From positions 1-17,000 of the forward strand of contig NW_021824942.1 in NCBI RefSeq assembly GCF_006345805.1: a stretch of DNA of 17,000 nt, in the 5' to 3' direction. Every line of letters starts with the position of its first letter. The first letter of the stretch is position 1. This DNA comes from Octopus sinensis (lineage: Eukaryota). Of the stretch, positions 9,975-17,000 are shown piece after piece. The position numbers and the translations under genes are program-made. The notes beneath the pieces are model-generated. The model saw only the letters and a list, made by a program, of their open reading frames with translations. It searched no databases and was not told the DNA's origin.

Positions 9975-10350
9975 TTTGGTTTCCGACATTTGACTGCGGC
10001 CATGCTGGAGCACCGCCTTTAGTCGAACAAATCGACCCCAGGACTTATTCTTTGTAACCTAGTACTTTTACTATCGTTCTCTTTTGTCGAACCGCTAGTT
10101 TACAGGGACGTAAACACACCAGCATTGGTTGTCAAGCGATGCTATGAGGACAAACACAGATATACAAACATATATATATTTATATATATGACGGGTTTCT
10201 TTTAGTTTCTGTCTACCAGATCCACTGACAAGGCGTTGGTCGACCCGAGGCTATAGTAGAAGACATTTGCCCAAGGTGCCACACAGTGAGACTGAACCCG
10301 TAACCATGTGGTTGGTAAGCAAGCTACTTACCACACAGCGACTCCTGCGC
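9975..10350 (-). mobile_element. Full-length CORE-type SINE, copy B
   Basis: Colinear with 9341-9720 over head, CORE, internal microsatellite and tail; the head starts GCGCAGGAGT at 10350. Confidence 0.88.
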
Positions 10351-10409
10351 TCATGTATGTATATATATATATATGTGTATATGTCTATATGTATATATAT
10401 ATATACATA

Positions 10410-10450
<41 letters not shown>

Positions 10451-10462
10451 CGCGTGTGTGCG

Positions 10463-10509
<47 letters not shown>

Positions 10510-10609
10510 ATATATGTATATGTGTGTGTGTGCGCGTGTGTGCGTATATATATATATGTATATATATATACATATATGTGTGTGTATGCGCGTATATATA
10601 CGCACATTT

Positions 10610-10669
<60 letters not shown>

Positions 10670-10775
10670 CGCTTATGTATGTGCTTATATATGTATATAC
10701 ATATATCATATATATATATGTGTGTATGTGTGTGTGTGTGTGTGTGTATAGATATATGTATGCATATGTGTGTGT
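10351..10775. repeat. Compound (TA)n/(TG)n microsatellite with an internal duplication
   Basis: GCGCGTGTGTGCGTATATATATATATGTATA occurs at 10450 and 10532 (offset 82 bp). Confidence 0.95.
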
Positions 10776-10964
10776 GGAGGGAACGAGGGAGAGAAGATAT
10801 GGTAATAACTAATTCTTTGTAAGTAAATGAAGTCTGAGACAGTTCTTAATACAAGAAACAGATTGGATATTTTTATTTCGAAACTGACACTTCGTAAGTT
10901 ACTATTTTTACTGCTTCTCATCCGTAATCCTCAGATGACTTCCACATCGACATTTCTCTGATGG

Positions 10965-11135
10965 ACTTGGTGGTGGTGGTGGTGGTGGTGGTGGTTGTCG
11001 CGGTGCTTGTAGTGGTAGTCATGTTGTTGTTGTTGTTTTTGTTTTTGGTGGTGCTGGTGATTTTCGTGGTGTTGGTGCTGCTGCTGCTAGTGATGGTGAT
11101 GATGGTGGTGAAGGTGGCGGCGGAGGAGGTGCTGC
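10965..11135. repeat. Mixed trinucleotide low-complexity tract (GGT/GTT/GCT/GAT)
   Basis: Seen directly; gives the poly-V and poly-T ORFs. Confidence 0.93.
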
Positions 11136-11247
11136 GAGACTGATAGATTAGTACTAGGCTTACAAAGAATAAGTCTTGGGGTCGATTTGCTCGATTTGCT
11201 CCAGTATGGCCACAGTCAAGTGACTGAAACGTGTAAAGAGTAAGAGT
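11136..11247 (+). mobile_element. 3' tail fragment of the CORE-type SINE
   Basis: GATAG..AGTACTAGGCTTACAAAGAATAAGTCTTGGGGTCGATTTGCTC..CTCCAGTATGGCCACAGTCAAGTGACTGAAAC matches the tails of the other copies, with a small deletion and duplication (GATTTGCTC twice). Confidence 0.82.
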
Positions 11248-11255
11248 ATACATAT

Positions 11256-11308
<53 letters not shown>

Positions 11309-11316
11309 CTAATATT

Positions 11317-11362
<46 letters not shown>

Positions 11363-11460
11363 TTATAATATATATACTACATCTACCATATACATATATA
11401 TATATATATTATATATATATACATATCATATACATATACATATACATATATATATATATA
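11248..11460. repeat. (TA)n microsatellite
   Basis: Seen directly. Confidence 0.97.
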
Positions 11461-11538
11461 CCGTAATGGTCCTTTTACATACCGAATACTGCTTGGTCGA
11501 ATTGATTAACAATTAATTAATTCTACCCTTTTTTACTG

Positions 11539-11540
<2 letters not shown>
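11461..11540. mobile_element. Second, inverted copy of the TA-flanked element at 2842-2920
   Basis: AATGGTCCTTTTACATA and ACTGCTTGGTCGAATTGATTAACAATTAATTAATTCTACCCT align with the reverse complement of 2842-2920 (ACTACTTGGTGAAATTGATTAATAACTAATTAATTTTACCCT). TA runs on both sides. Confidence 0.8.
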
Positions 11541-11576
<36 letters not shown>

Positions 11577-11610
11577 CACACCACATATTATATTATGATA
11601 TATATATATA

Positions 11611-11905
11611 ATTTTAATCCAAACGGGAAACAAAAAAACAACAACAATGGAACAATTACAGTATTATTATTAATAGGCGCTCAGGAAATGGAAGCAGGGA
11701 GGTATGACGTTTCGAGCGGAGTCTTTCGTCGGAGACATAAAGAAGGAAGAGAGAGGAAAGAAAGATCCCAGAGCGGCAACAGGGAAAGAGAAAAAAGACG
11801 ACTGGTGTTTACGAGTTGCACATGGTGAAAGGCGGATGTTTACGATAACAAGAGCAAAGTGGGTTTTTAAAGCAAAAGAGTGGAGACAAGGTTGGTAACG
11901 CAACA
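11611..11905 (-). mobile_element. Microsatellite-embedded short element with a hammerhead-like core
   Basis: Bounded by (TA)n and (TG)n. Minus strand 11738-11702 reads ATGTCT-CCGACGA-A-AGAC-TCC-GCTC-GAAACGTC-ATAC. Confidence 0.5.
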
Positions 11906-12070
11906 GATGTGTGTGTATGTGTGAGTGTGTGCGTGTGCGTGTGTGTATGTGTGTGTGTGAGGCGAGATGAAAAAACAAAAAAATATATGTGTGTGTTAGT
12001 GTGTGCGTCTGTGTGTAGGCGTGTGAGCTTAGCAGACAAGGTCAGTAGTAAGAAAAAGAAGGAAGTAGGA

Positions 12071-12095
12071 GGGGAGGGAGGGGAAGGGGTGGGGG
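12071..12095 (+). other. G-quadruplex-forming motif
   Basis: GGGG-A-GGG-A-GGGG-AA-GGGG-T-GGGGG: five G-runs with 1-2 nt loops, fitting the canonical G3+N1-7 x4 pattern. Folding is not shown. Confidence 0.7.
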
Positions 12096-12289
12096 CGTAT
12101 GTAGCGTGCCAGCGTGTGTTGAGTAGTAGTGTGTGTGTGTGTCCAGTGTCGTGGTGGTATTAATGGCGAGTAGATTGAATGTGTGTAAGAGTAATGTATA
12201 TATTTAAGCAACGTGTGTATATTTGTGCGCGTGTATGTAACGAAAAAAGGGGGGGGTTAAGGAAAAAGGACTCCAGCTGAGGGGAAGAT

Positions 12290-12459
12290 GGAAGAGTGGT
12301 CCCGCGGAGACGGGCGTGGGAAAACCCAACGACACGCGACGGTCCCAGGAACGGGCGGGAGGTCTCGTCGGGTCCAAGAGCGAGGTGCATGCGGCGCGTA
12401 TGCGTGCGCGAACCGGCGCAAGCGCGTGTGTGCGTGCGCCTGCGAGTATGCGCGTAAGT
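12290..12459. promoter_or_regulatory. CpG-dense island, possible promoter or first exon
   Basis: 28 CpGs counted by hand in 12301-12455 against an AT-rich background. GC boxes GGGCGTGGG (12312) and GGGCGGGA (12353), an NRF1-like TGCGCCTGCG (12435) and GTAAGT at 12454-12459. Direction and function are unknown. Confidence 0.4.
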
Positions 12460-12706
12460 ATGTATGTGTGTGGATGTGTGAGTGTGTCTGTGTGTATGTC
12501 TGGGTGGCAGTGTGTCCGATGAATGTATGTGAGTATGTGTGTATGTATGTGTGTGCATAGATGTATGTCCGTGTGTGTGTGTGTGTGTGTATGTGTGTGA
12601 GTGTGTATGTATGTACGTTTGGGTGTGGGGAAGTGTGTGTATGTGCATGTGTGTGAGTGAGTGTGTGTGTATGTATGTGTGAGTGTGTATGTATGTGTGT
12701 GTAGGA

Positions 12707-12745
<39 letters not shown>
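12460..12745. repeat. (TG)n/(TATG)n/(TA)n microsatellite
   Basis: Seen directly. Confidence 0.95.
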
Positions 12746-12962
12746 AACATGTAGGCAGGATGAAATCAAGACTATATCCTTGGGTATAGCACACCTGGGT
12801 ATTCCATTGCTACAATTATTATTCATTGTAGTGTGTTGCTTTTGTATTTTATTTAGGAAATATTTTTTCAGAGAGCTTATATAACAAAGCAGGAAGTTGA
12901 AATATTTTGGTATTATATATTCACCGTTACGCGTGTTTCATTTGCTAACAGTTCATAGACGA

Positions 12963-13350
12963 AGGAGTGGCTGTGGGGTAAGTAGCTTGCTTACCAGCTA
13001 CATGGTTTCGGGTCAGTCCCACTGCGTGGCATCTTGGGCAAGTGTCTTCTGCTATAGCCTCGGGCCAACACAATCTTGGGAGTGGATTTGGTAGACGGAA
13101 ACTTAAAGAAGCCCGTCTTATATATGTATAAATATGTGTGTGTGTGTGTTTGTGTGTCTGTGTTTGTCCCCCCAGCATTGCTTGACAACCGATGCTGGTG
13201 TATTCATGTCCCCGTAACTTAGCGGTTCGGCAAAAGAAACCGATAAAATAAGTACTAGGCTTAAAAGGAATTAGTCCCGGAGTCGATTATCTCGACTAAA
13301 GGCGGTGCTCCAGCACGGCTCCCGTCATTTGAGTGAAATAAATAAAAGAG
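12963..13350 (+). mobile_element. Full-length CORE-type SINE, copy C
   Basis: AGGAGTGGCTGTGGGGTAAGTAGC head, CTTGGGCAAGTG core, internal microsatellite, tail GGCGGTGCTCCAGCACGGC..GAAATAAATAAAAGAG. No clear target-site duplication. Confidence 0.88.
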
Positions 13351-13708
13351 TTGTATATGATGAAAGAGAAACGTGTAAGAAGTTTCCTATTCTGAATTCT
13401 TCTGACTGAGAATAAAATAATATTATTATATAATACCCCCAAAATTGTTCCAAATATATATATATATATATATATTGTTTTGGGATTTGGTTTGCAAGAC
13501 TCTTTATATGAGTTCGTGTGTTGAGAGTTAAGACTATTGAAAAGGTTGCAAGACGCAACGAAATTTTTAGAAAAAAAAAATTAGAAATAAGTGAAAATTT
13601 TACCGGTGAGTGTGTTACATTATAAGGCACAAAAAGAAAATGACTCTTCCCAGACACAACAGTATATATATTTATATACACATATTATTTATATTTTATA
13701 TCTATCTC

Positions 13709-13761
<53 letters not shown>

Positions 13762-14029
13762 TTGCAAAAGTATTATACATACATGCGTAAGTATATATGT
13801 ATCATAATAATTCATATGCTACTATATATGTATATGTGCTAGAAATTTGAAAATATATTATATTGTTGTAGAATATAACACTGAAAACCAAAGCCCTATA
13901 TAAATGCACTAGTATACTATTGTTTTTGTTTTGTTTTTTTTTAATATAGTTCTATGTATTTAGAAAGGGAGATAAATTCTCTTAGACGGCACCGCTGCAA
14001 GGTTAGAAATGAAATGACCAGGATCTGTT

Positions 14030-14330
14030 TTAGGTCAGTGAAATTATTACAAGCGAAAACCCAACCGAAATCATTACCGATCGAAGAAAACTATTTTGCA
14101 TTACACATAATCACCTACATTGGAACTTGTAACATCACATGATTCCCAGTTCAACAGCTAACCTTGCAGATCATTGATAATTTGTTCAGACCAAGAATAT
14201 GTCTAAAAGTCTCCCGGAAGACTTCAATCTTTCATGATTAATGTACTTCTCAATGAAAGGTCTACTGGTTTTCTCTTGGACAACGATAATATCCAGAGCT
14301 ATTCAGTGGATCATTAACTACCTCACTTTA
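14030..14330 (+). mobile_element. Possible heavily decayed LINE (L2/CR1/Rex-type) reverse transcriptase relic
   Basis: Motifs in the expected order across frames: SEII (14037), NHYRS (14069, like NDYRP), DSQF (14141, like DPLQF), IQWIINYLT (14301, like SWITDYLT). Spacing is shorter than expected, so this could be chance. Confidence 0.35.
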
Positions 14331-14424
14331 ATTGGTAATCTACAGCTGCGCTCGCTTCTTTAGCCTCTCACATCATTCATTTTCCTCTTACATTCGAAGA
14401 CTATTTTTCTCTTCTAAAATCTCT

Positions 14425-15025
14425 CCACTTCCTCCTCCTCCTCCTCCTTCTTCTTCTTCTTTTCTTCTTCTTCTTCTTCTTCCTCCTCCTCCTCCTCCTC
14501 CTCCTTCTTCTTTTTTCTACTTCGTCTTTCTCGTTCTTTTCTTTCTTCTTCTTCTTTCTTTCTTCTTCTTCTTCTTCTTCTTCTTCTTCCTCCTCCTCCT
14601 CCTCCTCCTCCTCCTTCTTCTTTTTCTACTTCGTCTTCTCCTCGTTCCTTTCTTCTTCTTCTTCTTCTTCTTCTTCTTCTTCTTCTTCTTCTTCCTCCTC
14701 CTTCTTTTTCTACTTCGTCTTCCCCACGTTCCTTTCTTCTTTTTCATCGTCATCTTCTCCTTCTTCTTCTTCCTCCTCCTCCTCCTCCTACTTCTTTTTC
14801 TACTTCATCTTCCCCTCATCCTTCTTTTCCTTTTCCTCTTCTTCTTCTTCCTCCTCCTATTCTTCTTCCTCTTCTTCAACAGCATCATCGATGTCATCAT
14901 CGTATTGCCTGCCATCAACACCACCCCCAGCATCATCACCACCACCACCACCACCATCATCATCATCATTGCCATCATCCTCCTCCTCATCATCATCATC
15001 ATCATCGTCGTCGTCGTCGTCGTCT
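14425..15025. repeat. Polypyrimidine (CTT)n/(CCT)n tract with higher-order units, followed by (CAT)/(CAC)/(CGT) repeats
   Basis: Seen directly; CTACTTC(G/A)TC recurs at 14517, 14626, 14710 and 14800. Explains the 243-aa poly-F/L ORF. Confidence 0.95.
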
Positions 15026-15372
15026 CCATCGCCACTCTACTTTCCCAGTTCCCATCTACCTAATCCTTACCATTTCCCGAATATTCTTTGTGATTTGGCA
15101 AACGCTAATCCGCCCCGCCCAAACCCCTATCCATTTCTACCCAGCCCTTATATCTGTCACATGACTAATTGATTCTCAGAGAACAGCCATGAGCCATAAC
15201 AGGTGCCGATACATTATTTACGTCTTCTAAGTCAGTTATGAAAGTACAGTATTATCGATTAGTCAGGCCCTGTAAAATGAATTCTGTCGCAACAGACCCA
15301 ACTCGGATTTTTTCACACACCATCGCTATTCGTGCAGCCTTGTCTTAGAAACAATATTTTCCTTCTTCTACA

Positions 15373-15405
15373 GTACTACTACTACTACTAATAATAATAA
15401 TAATA

Positions 15406-15456
<51 letters not shown>

Positions 15457-15581
15457 TAATAATAATAATAATGATACTTTTACTACTACTGCTACTACTA
15501 CTACTAATAATAATAATTATTATTATTATTATTATTATAATAATTATTATAATAATAATAAAAATAATAATAATAATAATA
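15373..15581. repeat. (TAC)n/(TAA)n microsatellite, probably the expanded tail of the adjacent minus-strand retroelement
   Basis: Seen directly; it directly abuts the element at 15582. Confidence 0.93.
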
Positions 15582-16034
15582 AATGCCCTGATGTAGTACC
15601 AGGCAGTGGCTCTTATGGCTTCTGACCTTAACTGATCGGAAGTGTTATCATGTACATTGTTTTTGTCTTGGTATCAAAGATGGGCTACAGCAAAATTTCT
15701 GATCAATACCACAGATTTGCTTGTCAGTTGTTTGACCTTAAACCAGTTGAGCATGTCCCTAGTGGCTGACGATATGTGCATCTCTGATCACGAGCAGTAG
15801 GAGTAGAGTAGTGGGAGAGCATCATGGCCAGTGTGTGAGAGGGATTCTTGGGGTTTGAATAATTCACCTTGGAAACATAGGTGTTTCGTTCATCATCCTA
15901 AAGCAACCCTTATTCAGGGACCTTTTGAGCAGGATGGGCTTCTCGACTTGAAGAAAATTCTAACTGGGCCCCACCTGCAAGGTCATGTGCTGTTTATCTT
16001 GATATGAAATTACCATGTCGCGCATGTATGGTTG
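15582..16034 (-). mobile_element. 3' end/UTR of a non-LTR retroelement (LINE or LINE-tailed repeat)
   Basis: Non-coding block of higher complexity whose minus strand runs into an (ATT)n tail (..TACATCAGGGCATTT-ATTATTATT). I recall this as a common octopus repeat; no protein motif was seen. Confidence 0.5.
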
Positions 16035-16070
16035 TATATATATAAATGTATATGTATATGTGTGTACGTA

Positions 16071-16272
16071 TGTTTGCGTGTCTGTATTCGTCCCCCAACA
16101 TCGCTTGACAACCAATGTTGATGTGTCTACGACCCCGTACCTAGCGGTTCGGCAAAAGAGATCGATAGAAAAAGTCCTAGGCTTACAAAGAATAGTCCTG
16201 GGATGTATTTTTCGACTAAGGCGATGCTCCAGCGTGGCTGGCAAGTGGCTGAAACAAGTAAAGAATAATAAA
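16071..16272 (+). mobile_element. CORE-type SINE, 3' half only (copy D)
   Basis: Starts at the internal microsatellite: GTCCCCCAACATCGCTTGACAACC..TAGCGGTTCGGCAAAAGAG..GCTGAAACAAGTAAAGA. No tRNA head upstream. Confidence 0.85.
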
Positions 16273-16295
16273 AGAATGTATATTATATATATCCA

Positions 16296-16505
16296 TGTTG
16301 TGTGTCTGCGTTTGTCCCCCAGCCAACCATCCCTTGACCACCGATGCTGTTGGTTCACGTCCCCGTAACTTAGCGGTTTCGACAAAAAACTGAACGATAG
16401 GAATAAGTTCCAGGTACAAAGAATAAGTCTGGGGGTCGATTTGTTCGACTAAACGCGGTACTCCAGCAGGACCGCAGTCAAATGTTTGAAACAAATAAAA
16501 AGAAA
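16296..16505 (+). mobile_element. CORE-type SINE, 3' half only (copy E), tandem to copy D
   Basis: Same start point and same module: TTTGTCCCCC..GTCCCCGTAACTTAGCGG..GGGGTCGATTTGTTCGACTAA..CGCAGTCAAATGTTTGAAACAAATAAAA. Confidence 0.85.
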
Positions 16506-16756
16506 AAACAAACAACAAAAAATGAAAGAATCTGATAAAAGAAATGAGTTTGTGTGACGTTCATGCCTCTCACGGATGAAATAGTGACGTAGTTTGAACT
16601 TAATTCAAATATCTGCAACCGAAATAAATGAGCAGAAATTTAAATGAAGGTTAACGTGTGCAACAGAGGATCAAGACCAAGCGCAGGACAGCTGCCCCTG
16701 GAAGGTATCTATCTTCACAAAATGCAGTTATCTTTGTTATTTAAAGTAAACATAAC

Positions 16757-16924
16757 GCGCGGACCTGGATGTGTGGTAAGTAGCTTTCTTCCCAACACCA
16801 CATGGTTCTGGGTTCAGTCCCACTGCGTGGCACATTGGACAAGTATCTTCTACTATTGCCTCGGGCCGACCGAAACTTGTGGGTGGATTTGGTAGACGGA
16901 AACTGAAAGATGCCGTCGTATATC
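16757..16924 (+). mobile_element. CORE-type SINE, 5' half only (copy F)
   Basis: Head ..TGTGTGGTAAGTAGC..GGGTTCAGTCCCACTGCGTGGC, core, GGATTTGGTAGACGGAAACTGAAAGA..GTCGTATAT; stops where the internal microsatellite begins. Confidence 0.85.
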
Positions 16925-17000
16925 TGTCTCTTTCTTCTCCTCCCTCGTCCACCTTCTCTCCCTTTATATGTCCTTTCTCCTGTCTTTTGTTCTCACGTGA

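Noticed and set aside
9287-10057. ORFs containing FDCGHAGAPP / QIDPRTYSL (also at 15960-16518)
   Set aside because: These recurring peptides are antisense translations of the SINE tail, not a protein family.
10800-10970. Several GTAAGT donors and a pyrimidine-rich CAG acceptor suggesting small exons
   Set aside because: There is no consistent acceptor-donor pair with an open frame; the ATG after the acceptor stops within 8 codons.
12288-12560. 90-aa ORF MEEWSRGDGRG... as a real CDS
   Set aside because: The ATG context is good, but the peptide is unrecognisable and decays into a VC/AC repeat. It is kept only as part of the CpG island finding.
2108-13842. Dozens of ORFs rich in YI, VC, HT and MY dipeptides
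   Set aside because: They are translations of (TA)n, (TG)n, (CA)n and (TATG)n microsatellites, which lack stop codons in several frames.
14332-15172. 243-aa poly-F/L ORF and overlapping poly-K/R, poly-S and poly-M ORFs
   Set aside because: They arise from trinucleotide repeats; there is no domain and no splice context.

Overview
This is AT-rich eukaryotic non-coding DNA, not a prokaryotic region. The SINE families and the very high microsatellite density point to an octopus (cephalopod) genome; this is an inference from my recollection of these repeats, not from a search. I find no intact protein-coding gene. Almost every ORF in the supplied track is a microsatellite artefact (poly-YI, VC, HT, FL) or a transposon relic. 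Bases 1-5845 form a cluster of decayed elements: an internally deleted mariner (+), a Tigger/pogo (-), a non-autonomous Helitron/DINE-like insert, a TA-flanked element with a 66-bp inverted repeat, a near full-length maT/DD37D-like transposase (-) and the GIY-YIG end plus 3' region of a Penelope-like element (+). The rest is microsatellite fields, a head-to-tail trimer of one tRNA-derived SINE, full and half copies of a CORE-type SINE, a probable LINE 3' end and a faint LINE RT relic. Two non-repeat islands may belong to a host gene: 8139-8420 (possible small exon or start motif) and 12290-12459 (CpG-dense, promoter-like). The most interesting signal is several decayed hammerhead-ribozyme-like cores in short microsatellite-embedded elements and in the Penelope tail. 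These suggest a PLE-mobilised, retrozyme-like family, but every copy here is degenerate. All alignments and translations were done by eye.
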